A stretch of 64,000 bases of DNA, from positions 35,836,001 through 35,900,000 of the forward strand of contig NC_082738.1 of NCBI RefSeq assembly GCF_030144855.1, written 5' to 3'. Of this stretch, positions 11,851-25,879 are shown in pieces. This stretch comes from Hypanus sabinus (Eukaryota). Every line of letters starts with the position of its first letter. The first letter of the stretch is position 1. The position numbers and the translations under genes were made by a program. Below the pieces are notes generated by a model. It ran no database searches. It was not told where the DNA came from and was given only the letters and a program-made list of their open reading frames with translations.

Positions 11851-14060
11851 CCCCATCCTTGACTTCTTGACCAACAGACCGCAATCAGTATGGATCAGCA
11901 TCCACCATGATTATTATCAACATCGTTGCTCCACAGGGTTGTGTCCTCAGCCCCCTACTCTACTCCCTGTACACTCATGTCTGTGTGCCCATATTCTCCT
12001 CTAACTCCATCGACAAAGTTACAGATGATACCATTGTAGTAGACTGCATCTCAAATGATGAGTTGGGGTTCAGGAAAGAGATAGAGAGCTTAGTGACAAG
12101 GTAACACACACAAAATGCTGGAGGAACTCAACAGGTCAGGCAGCATCTATGGAAATGAATAAACTGTCAACGTTTTGGGCCAAGACCCTTCTTCAGGACT
12201 GAGAAAGAAAGGGGAAGATGTCAGAATAAAAAAAAGTGGGGGGAGGGGAAGGAGGCTAGCTGGAGGATGATAGGTGAAGTCAGGTGGGTGGAAAAGGTCA
12301 AGGGCTGCAGAAGAAAGAATCTGATAGGAGAGGAAAAAGACCCATAGGAAAAAAGGAGGGAGGAGGGGACCTAGGGGGAAGTAATAGGCAGTGAGAAGAG
12401 GTAAAAGGTCAAAATAAGAACTAGAGGAAGTTGGGGGGGGGGGAGTTTGTTCACCGGAAGGCAAGATCAATAATCATTTCAGGTTAGAGGGTACCCAGAC
12501 AAAATATAAGGTGTTGCTCCTCCACCCTGCGGGTGGCCTCATCTTGGCAGAAGAGAAGGCCATGGACCAACATGTTGGAATGAGAATGGGAATTAAAATG
12601 CTTGGTCACTGGGAAGTCCAACTTGCGGCAGATGGAGCAGAGGTGCTCAACAAAGCAGTCCCTCAATTTACAACAGGTTTTGTCAATGTAGAGGAGGCCG
12701 CATTGGGAGCACTGGACACAATAGTTGACCTCAGCAGATTCACAGGTGAACTGTTGCCTCACCTGGAAGGACTGTTTGGGGCCCTGAATGGAGGTGAGAG
12801 AAGAGGTGAATGGACAGGTGTAGCACTTAAACTGTTTGCAGGGATAAGTGCCGGGAAGAAGATTAGTGGGGAGGGACGAATGGACAAGGGAATCGCAGAG
12901 GAAGCGATTCCTGCGGAAAGAGAAGAGTTGGGGGGAGGTAAAGATATGTTTAGTGGTTGGGTCCCTTTGGAGATGGTGGAAATTTTAGAGGATGATGTGT
13001 TGGATACGGAGGTTGATGGGATGATAGGTAAGAACAAGAGGGACTCCACCATTGTTGAGGTGGCCAGAAGATGGGGTGAGCGTGGATGTACAGGAAATGG
13101 AGGAGATGTGGGTGAGGGCAGCATCAACAGTGGAGGGAGGGGAAACCTCGTTCTTTAAAGAAGGAGGACATCTCAGATGTCCTGGAATGGAAGTGACATA
13201 GTATCATGACAACAACCTCAATGTCAGCAAAACAAAAGAGTAATTGAATTAAGGGCCACCGTTGGGGGGGGGGGGGGGTGGCATTGGTGCTCATGCATCC
13301 TGTCTACATCAATGGTGTTGCGATTAAGCAGATTGAGTGCTTCAAATTTCTAGGTGTGAACATCACCAATAGCCTGTCCTGGCTATTGGTTGACGCCAAG
13401 AACACTCACCAACAACCCTACTTCCTTAGGAGGCTAAAGAAATCCATCACATCCCTGGTGATCCTTACCATTTTTTATCAATGCACCATAGAAAGAATTC
13501 TATCTGGGTGCATAGCAACTTTGTATTGTACACGACCACAAGAAACTGCAGAGAGTTGTGGATATGGCTCAGTACATCACAGGAACCAGCCTCTCTCTAC
13601 GGACTCTGTCTATACTTCTCACTGCCTCAGTAAAGTGGCCAACATAATCAAAGACCTCGCCCACCCTGGATATTTTTTTCTCCCCCTCCCATTGGGCAGA
13701 AGATACAGAAACCTGAAAGCACGTACCACCAGGCACAGGGACAACTTTTATCAGACCCTTGAATGGACAGGAGTCTGTTCCAGGTCAGCAAGTCATTGGC
13801 AGGTTCCAGAATCGGAGTAGGAGTTCCTGGGATTAGACGACTGTGTATGTGGGTGGGTGATTGAGAGGAATGGGGTTTGTTTTCCCGTTGTTGCTTTGTC
13901 GATTGGCGTGTTCTGTATTGTTCTGCTAAGCATTGTGGGCATGCTATGCTGGCGCTGGAATGTGTGACAATAATTGCAGGCTGTCCACAGCACATCCTTA
14001 GGTGTTTTGGATATTGATGTAAATGACACATTTCACTGTATGTTTCAATGTGAATGTGAT
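11850..14060 (+). mobile_element. Rex/Babar-type LINE interrupted by the Penelope element
   Basis: ILDFLTNRPQ, APQGCVLSPLLYSLYTH and DDT motifs before 12098; LNVSKTKE, FKFLGV.I and YFLRRLKK after 13192. Confidence 0.8.
12099..13191 (-). mobile_element. Penelope-like element 3' part (RT C-terminus, GIY-YIG endonuclease, pLTR with hammerhead motif)
   Basis: FTCES..V.YC..CSQCGLLYI.KT...L..RF.EH...PV.KHFNS GIY-YIG pattern at 12484-12762; terminal 'cacacacaaaatgctggaggaactc' pLTR; AGTGACA duplicated at both flanks. Confidence 0.85.
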
Positions 14061-15705
14061 AAATATCAGAATCAGGTTTAATATCACTGGCATATGTCAC
14101 AAAATTTGTGGCAGCAGTGCAATGCAATACATTATAGGACGAAAATGTACAAATTACAACCAGAAAAAAATTATAAATGTAGTGTAAAAAGAGAGCCAAA
14201 AAAGTGAAGTAGAGTACATAGGTTCATTGTCAATTCAGAAATCTGATGGCAGACAAAAAAAAACTGTTCCCAAGTGTGTATCTTCAGGCTCCTGTACCTC
14301 CTCTTCGATGGTAGCAATGAGAAGAGGACATGCCCTGGGTGATGGGGGTCCTTAATGATGGATGGAGCCTTTTTGAGGGATTTTCTGCAATTTTTTCTGT
14401 TCCTTTGCAGTTGTCTCTCCCTACCAGACAGTGATGCAACCAGTTGGAATGCTCTCCATGGTACATCTGTAGAAATTTGCTAGTCTTTGGTGACATACCA
14501 ATTCTCCTCAAACTCCTAATGAAATACAGCTGCTCTTCAATTGTAATTATAATATGTTGGACCCAGGAAGGATTTTCAAAGATGTTGACCCCCGGGAACT
14601 GGAAACTGCTCACTCTTTCCATTGCTGATCTCTCAATGAGGACTGGTGTGTATTCCTTTGATTTTCCCTTCCTGAAGTCCACAATCAGCTCCTTGGTCTT
14701 ACTGATGTTGACTGCAAAGTTGTAGCTGCAACACCACTCAACCAGCTTCTGTCTTGTTCCTGTACACCTCCTTGTCACCATCTGAAATTCTGCCAACAAG
14801 AGTTGTATCACTGGTAAATTTATAGAAGGCATTTGAGCTGTGCCTAGCCACACAGTCATAGGTCATAGGAGAGAGTAGAGCAGTGAGCAAAGCACTCTTC
14901 CTTGACTGTTGATTGTCAACAAGGAGGAGATATTATTTCCAATTTTGTGGTCTGTCGATGAGGAAGTCAAGGATCCATTTGTGGAGGGAGGTACAGAGGC
15001 CCAGGCTTTGGAGATTGTTGATTAGAACTAAGGGTATGATTGTGTTGAATGCTAAACTGTAATCAATAAACAGCAGCCTGGTATAGGTCATGCTATAGTC
15101 CAGGTCATCCAAAGCCACTTGGAGAGCCAGTTAGATTGCATCTGCTGTAGACCTACTGTAGTGACAGGCAAATTGCAGCGGCCCTAGGTTCTGGCTCAGG
15201 CAAGAGTTGATTCTTCAGGGTTTCACCTTGTACTAAGTAATTGCCTGCAAATCCTGCCAGAGACTCCATGCATCAGATTCCGTCTCTGACTTCAATCAGT
15301 TGTTTTTTCGCTCATAAATTAGCCTTCCATTGGTCATACTTGGACTTCTTGTTCTTGATCACTTGTCTTGAATGCCACAAATCTAGCCTTCAGTAGACCA
15401 TCAATTTCCTGGTTCATCCACAGTTTTTGGTGTGGGTATGTCCAGTATGTTCTTAAAGGCACACACTCATCCACACAGGTCTTGATGAAGTCGGTGACAA
15501 CTGTGACATAATTATTCAAATTCAAAAATGACTCCATGAATATTGTCCATCCACTGACTCAAAGCAGCTCTGTAAGCGCTCCTCTGCCTCCCTTCACTAC
15601 TTGGTCCTCACCACTGGTGCTGCAGTCTTTAGTCTCTGCCTATAAGCTGGGAGTAGAAGTAGAGTCATGTGATTGGGCTTTCCAAAGTGTAGGTGTGGGG
15701 TGAAT
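14060..15705 (-). mobile_element. Rex/Babar-type LINE, degenerate (APE C-terminus to 3' end)
   Basis: [41 protein letters not shown] and YFIRSLRR motifs. Confidence 0.8.
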
Positions 15706-16264
15706 ATGAATTTGAGTCTGACTTCTTTTACAATAAATTGACCTCACAATCTATCTCATTATGATCTTGTACTTTATCCTTTACCTGCTTTGCACTTTCT
15801 GTAACTTTTTCACTCTATTCTGTATGCTCAATGTAGTGTGTAATGATCTGATCTGTATAAACATCAGGCAAGATGAGCTTTTCACTGTACATTGGTACGT
15901 GATAATAAACTAATACCAATACCACTACCATCCTCCAGTATAACAAATGAGTTGGCATCTTGAAGCTTGGCCCCCAAGCGCATTCAAACATATATCGTCA
16001 GCATACTTCAGCTGGTTCAGGTCTCTTCACCTCATGGGTTGAACAGTTTCCTGTCACTCCTGACATTTAGCTGTAATCCCTAAAGGCATTTATAAGAACT
16101 AAGGTGAAACATTGCAGTGAGAAATATGTCATGGTGCAGATGTTCCAGTGCAGGGAGGGTTGGGCTTCATTCATGGGACCGTCCTCCATGTATGAGCTGT
16201 GGCAGAGGGTGACCGCTGTCTAGTGAGCAACGGCTGTTCAGAGAATTGCTCCCAACTTTAAGAA

Positions 16265-16400
16265 AAGAGCTCACCAACTCATAGGAAATGAGTTGGTGAG
16301 CTCTTGTTAGGGAGAACAGTGTTTAACAAAAAAAAGAGAGAAAACAAGTTCTCTGCTAGTCACATTTTGTAACTATTGGAACTTGTTTTCTCTCTTTTTT
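16265..16400. repeat. Two adjacent perfect inverted repeats (18-bp and 22-bp arms)
   Basis: 16265-16282 pairs with 16288-16305; 16330-16351 pairs with 16379-16400. Confidence 0.9.
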
Positions 16401-19400
16401 GTGACTATCTTAGCATTTCAAGGTAAGGAGAAAAGTTAAATGGAAGTCTCTTGATTTGGTGTCCTGATGACTGGAAGTGTGCAGTAACTCAGACAGGAAG
16501 TGGTTTTAGATTCTTTTAGACAGTTGAGTTTTATATTTTATTTATAGTAACTCTGTGTAAATCAAGCGGCATCTAGATGTCATACATTAGAAAAATTGTT
16601 AACCTCCTGGGAGAGAGCACTGCACTACGTAGGAGATAAAATGTCTTAGACTGATAAAGTATCTGGTGCAGTGTGGCCATGCCTACTTTCCAAAAGGCTT
16701 GAGGTCGGGGTTTGCATAATATAAAGCTGGAAGCACTCAGCTGGTCAGGCAGCAGCTGTGGAAAGAGAAAGTTAATATTTCAGGCTGAATGTCAGAGTTG
16801 GAACAGAAACTAGTCCAACTAACAGGAGTAGCCATATTCAGTTCAAATCTAACTGAGGACTCATTTATCACACACATGTACTCACTCTATTCATTCCTTT
16901 CTACTGCCAGCCAGAACTTGCCCTCTAGTGAATGGACCTATTGTGTGAACCTTGACATTTAAAGCATACACGTTATGAAAGTAAGGGCATTGCACTCAAA
17001 CCAAGTACTGTGCACAAACATTGGCTTTGTCCTCATTCAGTCTTTGTCACCTCTAAACCTCTCCAATGCATGCCTGGCCGACCACCTGGCTCTGCTGCCT
17101 ATGATGCACCTTGTCCGGTTCACCACTACCCCAATATGGGCTGACCTTTGCCATTTAAACAGCACTTACCCCTCTCTATCGCTGTAACCTCCTCCAGCTC
17201 AGTATCGCTGGGGCTATTTGTATTCCTCCAGTTCTAACTTCTTAACGGTGTCTGAATTGAATGTATTCAAGTGTCTTCAGCTGCCGGGAGCTGTGTTCTG
17301 AGATTACTACCTCAAAGGTGCTAGCCCATTCATTGTCCAAGATTTTGATCACCAGCCCAACATCCCCTTTGAGGGGTTAGTATTAATTGTTAATACTACT
17401 GCAAAGTGTCTTAGGACATTTTATTATGTTGAAGATGCTTTAAATATGAAAGTTCTTGTAGCAGGAGATAAGGGAGAATGAATTATATTTACATAGCACC
17501 ATCATGTAAGGAGTTGGCCAGTGTTGGTGTGAGATCATCCACCTTTAGCATTAACTTGTTTTTGTTCTCTCCCCACAAATGCTGCCTGACCTCTTGAGTA
17601 TTTCCTGTGTCCTCTTTCATTTCAGATTTCTAGCAATTGCTGTGTTCTGCATCTTAGTTTCAGCATGTTGGTTTTATTCACTCTAACTGCTGTTATGCAC
17701 AGTATTCACAGTAGTGTAGCAGCTAGCATAATGCTCTATCAGGGTTCAATTCCTGCCGCTGTCTGTAAGGAGTTTGCATGTTCTCCCCGTAAGGCATACA
17801 GATTAGTAAGTTGTGAGCATGCTGTGTTGACACCAGAGGCATGTTGACATTTGTGGGCTGCACCCACTACACTCTTCAGATTGTGTTGGCCATTGATGCA
17901 AAATGACACATTTCACTCTATGTTTCAATATACAAGTAACAAATAAAGTTATTCTAACCTAATCTGCACTTTTGTCAAATAGGTCAGTTGCAATCAAGAA
18001 GGATTCATCTCTTAACTGAAGAGCACCAACAGTGTTTGTGTCACCGGACAACCTTGGTCTCTAACCTATCACAGACATCCCCTCTGTTCTCTCCACCCCT
18101 CCCTCTTTCTTTACAAGCTCACTAGTTTCTCTTGTCCAATCTTGATAAAAGGTTGTCAACCTGAAATATTAAATCTTCTAAGCACTGTCTGTTTTTGATT
18201 TCAGATGTCCAGTATCTGCATTTGTTTTGCATTTCACTCCTTGATGAGCACTTCACAGTCACTTCAGTGTAGCCACACTTGTGACGCAGGGAATACAGCA
18301 GTCACTTTGCGCACAGCAAACTCCCAAAACTGCTGCGTGCTGAAACCGCAGTCAATCTGCTTCATCAAGCAGATTGAAAAATAACCTTGGCTGGAACATA
18401 CTTCTACTTGTGCAAAAATATGCTGGTGAAGTTAGATTTGCTGGTGATGCAAATGTGAGTTAGATTACAGACAGTTGAACTTCCTCAGCATGTAACAATA
18501 AGGGTTAAAAAAAGAAGTTAAATCAGTTGACACTTGCAACCAGTAGTGTGATGTCATTTTGTGCCTCCCCTCAAACCAAAAGCCAGGTGCAGCATTCATT
18601 CTGTCAGACTTCCATCCAGTGATGTGCACCCTGTAATTATTATTGCCACACGCACCAATCATTGCTTTGTTCCACAAGAGACGACAGTTGTCTGTACCTC
18701 TGCCTACATCATTAACACTGCTGAATAGAGGGGTCAGGCCAACTTGCAGAAGTAACTCAGATGCTTTGCATATTGCCAAGACTACATTGTTAACCAATCA
18801 GACCCATTCTGCTGGTGTCTTAGCATACTTCAAGCGTATTCTGTCAGTATTGGGTTTGCTGCTACATACAGGGGACCCAGGATGCTCATGGCAACAGTGA
18901 ATGCTGCTCTGTGATTGGCCAATTAGAGGTACTGTTCAAGATGGCCAAGCAATCGCTGAGAGTGTTATTTAAAAGCTTGATTTGTTCATCTGCACTTTGG
19001 ATTAGGAGGGTTAGGACTTGGCACTTTTATGCTCATACTACACTGTGGGTTAAAGATACTTAATGTTCATTTTGCTGATGGCAAATGAACAATTAAACAG
19101 ACCCCAACCTCAAAGTTTTGTTGGTGACCAAGATTTTATTTAGAATAGGTACCAAAAGTTGTTGTTAAAACATTTATATATTCCTCAAAGCAATAATTAC
19201 TGCCAACACACTGAAATGGGCAACATTAATGTCTTTTTAAATGGGGAACAGGCTTGAAGGGCCAAGTGGCCTACTACTGCTCCTGTTTCATATCTTCAAA
19301 TGCATCCTCTTTACTCTTGGGGAGACTCTCCTTGGAGCCCTACCTCAGACATTCCCTACTTCAGACTTTTCTCATCTCTTTGTAAAATCAGCCAGAATTC

Positions 19401-20214
19401 CAAGTTCCGATTCACCATACAGACATTTGTTGGCAACAGTGCATTTGTTGATATTGGATAAGAATAGGATAAACTGACAGTGAATTATAGTCATTATTGC
19501 TTTAAGATTGACCAGAAAGTCTTCAGGAATTACAGAGCTATCTCTTGCGCACTGCTAAAGCAACCCCAGGGAAATATTCAGATAAGTGTAGGAACAATCC
19601 TTGTAGTTTGTTATAAATACTTCAATTTGTTAGTTATGATGAGGTAAAAGTTTTGCTTGACAGAGTTTGTGATGAGACTTCCAGTCTAGCTGGAGTTAGC
19701 AACAGGCTGTGATGCATTTCGCCCCTCTCCCTGCCTCCAGGTGAGGTGGCTTCTCTGTCTGGGTGGAAGAGAGGGGAAAAGAGGGATGGGGAAACTTGGT
19801 AGGGATGGTGGTGTAAAGGTATGGCAAAGGGAGCGCCTGGAAATGGCAGCAGATATCTTTCAGTGGAACTGTAACACTGGCATGAGCCAATGTGTGCAGG
19901 AGGGATGAAGGTAGACTTGAGAGACTGGGAATGGAACAAGGTAAACATGATTAAACCAGGTGAATGAATAACACAATTAGCCCAGTACTGTGACCCTTTG
20001 GTTACTTCATAGCTAAGGCTGACCAGAGTCAGCATTTCAAAAGTTCACTCCAGTGCTATGTCTCACACAACAAGCTGGATATCTTCACAGTGGACACCGT
20101 TTGATTCCAGGTCATATTTCTCAGAGATATTCAGAGATTGTAATTGAAAATCACAACCACTCATTGTTCCACAAATCTGAAGAAAGCAGTTGTTTTAAAA
20201 CAATTATTTATTTA

Positions 20215-21632
20215 TGGTGGTGCTAGAAAGTTTGTGAACCCCATAGAATTTTCTGTTTTTGCATAAATATGACCTAAAATATGATCAGATCTTAACATAA
20301 ATCCTAAAACTAGATAAAGAGAACCTAATTAAATAAATAATGCAAAACATTATACTTGTTCATTTATTTATTGCGAAAACTGATCCAAGTTACATGGTCA
20401 GGATACTGATTGAGCCTACTCTTCTCAAGAAAGATCTGTTTATGTGCACCATGCTTTGATCAAAACAACTTAGAAGAAGAATTGTAAAGATGCATGAAGT
20501 TGGAAAAGGTTACAAAAGCATTTCTAAAGACCCGAGTGTCCATCAGTCTACAGTAAGAGAAGTTGTCTACAAATGGAGGAAACTCACTACTGTTGCTACT
20601 CTCCCTAGGAGTGGGTGTCCTGCAGAGATCATGCTGAGAGCTCAATGTGCAATGTGAAGGAGGTGAAAAAGAGCACAAGGGTAACAGCAAAAGACCTGCA
20701 GAAATCTCTAGAACTTTCTGAAGTCTCTGTTCATGTGTCCACTATAAGAAAAAACACTGAACAAAAATGGTGTTCATGGAAGGATGCCACAGAAGAAACC
20801 ACTGCTCTCCTAAAAAACATTGCTGCATGTCTCATGTTTGCAAAAGACCACCTGGATGTTATACAACATTTCTGGGACAATGTTCTGTGGACAGATGAGA
20901 CAAAAGTTGAATCTTTTGGCAGAAATGCACACCGTTATGTTTGGAGGAAAAAGGCTGTGAAGCAAGGTGGAAGGAGCATCATGGACTGAGGACTGCTTTG
21001 CAGCCTCAGGGCCTGGATAGCTTGCATTTGTTGAGGGAACAATAAATTCAAAATTGTATCAAGACATTTTACAGTAGAATGTCACGGTAGCAGTCTTTCA
21101 CCTGAAGCTTAATAGAAATTGGATAATGCAACAAGACAATGATCCGAAAGATGAGAGTAAATCAGCAACAGAATTGCTTAAAAAGAAAATATGTGTTTTG
21201 GAATGGCCAAGTCAAAGTCCTGACCTTAAACCTATAGAAATGTTGTGGAAGGACCTGAAGCAAGCAGTTCATGCAAGGAAGCCTACTAATATCCCAGAGT
21301 TGAAGCACTTTTTTAAGGAGGAATGGCCCGAAATTCCTTCAAGCGGATGTGGAGGACTGGTGTACAGTTACTGGAAACGCTTGGTTCAAGATATTGCCAT
21401 ACAAGGCTGTCACACCAGTTACAAAGGTTCACATACTTTTTCTGACAAATACATGTAATATTGGATTTATTTTTCAATAAATAAATGAGCAAGTATAATG
21501 TTTTTGTGTTATTTATTTAATTGCGTTCTCTGTCTAGTTTTAGGACGTGTGAAGATCTGATCCCATTTTAGGTCTTATTTATGCAGAAATAGATACAATT
21601 CTACAGGGTTCACAAACTTTCTAGCACCACTG
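20215..21632 (+). mobile_element. Tc1/mariner DNA transposon, long-TIR (IR/DR) type, degenerate
   Basis: ~180-200-bp inverted repeats (tggtggtgctagaaagtttgtgaaccc... / ...gggttcacaaactttctagcaccactg) flanked by TA at 20213-20214 and 21633-21634. Confidence 0.92.
20451..21425 (+). pseudogene. Tc1 transposase pseudogene (DD34E)
   Basis: Motifs VLWTDETK, QQDNDPK and WPSQSPDLKPIE spread over several frames with stops and frameshifts. Confidence 0.9.
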
Positions 21633-21635
21633 TAG

Positions 21636-21868
21636 AGATACAACATGGTAATAGGTCCAAAAAACCCACACCACCCAATTACACCCACATGACCAGTTCA
21701 TCTACTGACCCGTACGTCTTTGGAATGTGGGAGGAAAGTGGAACACCTGCAGGAAACCCATGCAGTCACGAGGAGAATATACAATCTCTTTACAGACAGC
21801 AGTGGAATTGAACCAGGGTCGTTGGTTCTGTAATAATGTTACGCAGACCACTAGGTTACCATGCCACC
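21636..21868 (-). mobile_element. tRNA-derived V-SINE/HE1-like SINE (related copies ~10995-11260 -, 17708-17960 +, 22312-22620 +, 48950-49285 -)
   Basis: Minus-strand B-box-like ggttcaattcc followed by 'gtctgtaa.gag.ttgta..ttctcc.cgtgactgcatgggtttcc...ttcctcccacattccaaagacgtac', the V-domain pattern. Confidence 0.75.
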
Positions 21869-24800
21869 TCATACCTCTGGAATTAAAACAGGAAATGTCA
21901 GGCAAATCAAGCAGCGTCACTCGAGAGGAACAAAGTTAACATTTTAGCCTATTGCCTTTTATCAGATCTATATTTTTATGGAACCTTTTGCAACCCCAAA
22001 ACTTCCAAAGAACTTTGTGGTCAGTGAAACACTTCCTGAAGTGCAGTCACTGTTTCAATAGAGGAAACATGGCAGTCAATTTGTGCACTGTGTGATATTT
22101 ACCAAATAATTCATTCCAGTGCTATGGATTGGGTGATGAATTTTGACCCCAGAGCAGTGGGGAGAAATCCTCTACTGGCCTTTAAAATGATGGCTGTGAG
22201 ATCTTCCACAGTCATCTGAGAGAACAGAAGGGGCCGTCGTTTAACATCTCATCTGAAAGATGGTGCTCCTACAGTCTGAGCAAGGTAAATGTTCTTGTTG
22301 GTCAGACAACACAACGGTGCTGTTCATAGAAGTACTGCCTGACAGCGTCAGAGACCTGGGTTTGAATCTGACCCTTGGCAATACCTGTGTGAAATCTCCC
22401 TGTGTCCATGTGGGTTTCTACCCCTGTGCAACCGGTTTCCACCCACATCCCAAAGATAGACTAATTGGCCCTAGTGTATGGTGAGGGGTTAGAATCTGGG
22501 GGAGTTTACAGGAATGTGGGGAGAATAAAATAGGATCAGTGTAGGTTTCATATAAATAGATAGTTGTTGGTTGGCGCAGACCTGGTGGGCTGAAGGGCCT
22601 GTTTGCATGACTCCATAACTCCAGCAACATCACATAATTGTGGGATGGAGGCACTGTTCAGCACTTAATCTGATCCCATTTCAAGGAGAGCAGGCCTGTT
22701 CGCCTAAGCCACAGTATAACAGAGCACTGGCAAGCTGAAGATGCTCAGCCATATCAGGCGCATCTAGTACTATGTAAATGCACACCAGCCACATAATAGG
22801 GTGCAGCAGGTTTGGGAAGAAAATTTTATTGGAATTGTGACCCACCAGCTGGACTGGCCCTGGAGGGCTGAATCCTTCCTCCGACACTGTTGAATTGATG
22901 ATTTTCTGGTTTGTAAGGCACCCTCATCTCTACCTCTTCACCACACAGCTCTTCTTAAGCGAAACATTCACCTAGTCGCACATGTCCAAAAGTCTGGAGC
23001 TGCTGTTCTGGCATCAGTTTACTAACCCCTTACCCTTCCAGACTGCTGTTGATGTCTTCACTTTGCTGTTGATATGCTGGTTTTTCCAACTTTTCTTTCA
23101 AAATTGCTGGAAATCACAGTGCGCTCAGACTCGCTCAGTTTTTACTGCTGTGAACTGCAGTGAGGCTGACACTCACTCACACTTATTTTTTATTGTGTCA
23201 CTAAATTTTGACTCGTTAAAACCTCCTTACGTTTATGCTTTGTCGCTTTAAAGTAATTTGAATAATTTATGACCGGTGACCAGATGGTAAATGTCAATGT
23301 GAGAGGCAAGGGCCTGCGCCTTGTATATTGTCCACCGAATATGCAGCACTCCTGTGCATTGGTAATAGAGGGATTTATGTGTTCTGATGATTCCTTGGGG
23401 AAGAGGAGCCTGGTTTGTATTATGTATTTTAATTCATTTTCTTTTATAGGCAATGTAATTGGAATTTGCCTCCTCTATGATGGGCCACACGCTGTGCTGT
23501 TCAGCTGCAATGCGAAGAGGTTCTTGTCTGATTTCCTGCTTCAAGTGACTGTGTGGTGTGTTGAATGCAGTCCCCCGTCCCTTTGTGATGGACATGCAGT
23601 CTGTGTGTTCAATGCTATCTGCTCAGCACAGGCTCCTTCTGCTCTACTGTGTGCAGAATTCTCTACAATTTTTCATTTCAAATGAGAGGATGGGTCAGTT
23701 TTGCTGTACTCTGCACATTTTGCATAGGCAGCTTAAAGTATACACTTGCCTCAGAGGTGGTGTAGACAGACTCATTAGATTGATTTCAAAGAAAGCTTGT
23801 CCTGTGAGGAGAGAATAAGAGTGCCATTTACTCGTTGGAGTTTAGAAGAATGAGAAGCAATTAGGCAATTTGATTAAAAAGGTTCAAAGAACGATTGAAG
23901 AAGGGTGGATACTGAGTGATTGTCTCCCCCCAGCCCCCCAGGCTGAAGAGTCTCAAACCAGACAACAGTTACCAGATAATGGGTTAGCCACATTGGACCG
24001 TGTTGAGGGAGGATTTTCTTCATTTCAGAGGCCTGACTCTGGGATTTCTCCATTTTAGAGGACTGTATGTGCTCTGCGGTTGACAATATTGTAGGCTGAG
24101 ACTGGTAGATTTTTTTTCGCACAGAGGGGTGATTAAGGGTTTGGGCTGTAAGGTGTTCAGAATCATCTGTGACATTATTAAAGGTCGGAACAGACTCGAG
24201 GAGCCGAGTAGCCAACCTTTCCTGTTTCATGTTTTTTTATTTCTCATATCTTCATATTTCTTATATTTCCTTACGACACAGAAAAAAGGCAATTCAGCCC
24301 ATTGAGTCTTTGCCAGCTCTCAAAGTAAGACTATCAGTCCCCTTCCCACATATACGTCCATGTAAACTATTCTCTATTACATGTCAATCCACTCCACCTA
24401 AATCTCCTACCACCTGCTTTTCTTTCTCCCTTTAATTTTTGAATTTTAAGTCTCTACCCTGTTGTTTCTGGACATTGCATTTCTTCCCCCTCCTCCATCC
24501 CCCAACTCTCAAAGCAGAGGCGATTGTTTTAAACTCTGATCAAATCCTTCAAGCATAATCAACAAGATCACCCCTTAATTTGCAACTTTCAAAGGAATAC
24601 AAGCCTTTCGATTTCCCCAGGTGATTGGGGTTGGACTTCACTGCCTTATGCCACTCAGGCACAATACTTCACCCCTGGTTCACTTAATAAATAATTACAA
24701 ATTTGAGCATGGTTTATTAAATTTGGAAAAGGACAGAGCAGCAGAGTCCGTTCCATTAGTGCCAGCACTGCAGGTAAATTGCAAAGCTGAGCACAACTGT

Positions 24801-25879
24801 AAAGTGTAATGTACTGTGAATAACAAGTTGCTCACTAAACAAGGCTTCCTTTCTTTATAGCATCACTCTTGCTGCTAAACATTACACTGCATGATGCTCA
24901 AAGCAAACATTTCCAATAAATTCTCATTCGTAAAGCCTTTTCAGTGTGATTATTACAGACCTGTTTCACTGACACTCATAAATATGTGTCACTGCCTGCA
25001 GTGGTTTGGAACTCTTAACACTTCCATTTTGGCTGGGCTGTCTTGAAGGGAACAAAAGTAATTACTGCCCTGCCTTTCCACTTCTGAAGCTGCGTGAAGT
25101 ATGGCTCCGTAGACTTAGCAGCAGGTCTTACTAGATACAGATCAGAAATAGGGTTCCTGGTCAAATATCCTGTCTTTACCTAAGCGTACAACTAATGCCT
25201 ATAGTGTTTACTACATGCCTCCTCACTGTGACCAGCATGCACCAACAGTGAGTGCAGAGCCTTTCCACTGTGAAATTAACTAAATAGTAAAGTGGTACTG
25301 AAACAGCGAGATTCTGTGAAACCCCCATACTGAAGAGCAGTAATCAACATAGTTCGATAGATCACTGAGCCTTGTAACGGAAAAGATGCAGGACAACTTG
25401 GAAGAGGTCGTGTTCAAGCTGTAAGCAAGTTCAGGTCACAATGTAGCTAAAGCATTGCATCCAGTTCAGATCATAAGTGCTGGGCAAATATTAATGAAAC
25501 TGAGGACATACAGAGGAAATCCACAAGACCAATCAACAAGGTTTAAGTTATGAGGAAATGCTAGAGAATTCCCAAATTCCTCCTGTGCTTGTCATCATGG
25601 AACTTACAGGATAAGTGGAAGGGCAGGTGCCACATTTACACAGGTCATAAGGTTCATAATGGTGTGTGCTCTAGACTATATGCCCTTGGCATATTGGCCA
25701 CTATCTTCATCGTTCTCTGAGGACTGGACATTCCATGCTTCGGAGTCCTTGTGTTGTGAACCTGGCCACTCAATGGCTGGCTGGAAATTTAATGTTTCAA
25801 ATCTGAAAGGAAACTCTAATATGCACAGTGTGCTGGTAGAGCTCAGCAGGTCAGGCAGCATCTATGGGTGGAAATAAAG

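Noticed and set aside
17708-17790. tRNA gene
   Set aside because: The A/B-box-like head continues into a V-SINE body with no cloverleaf, so it is a SINE.
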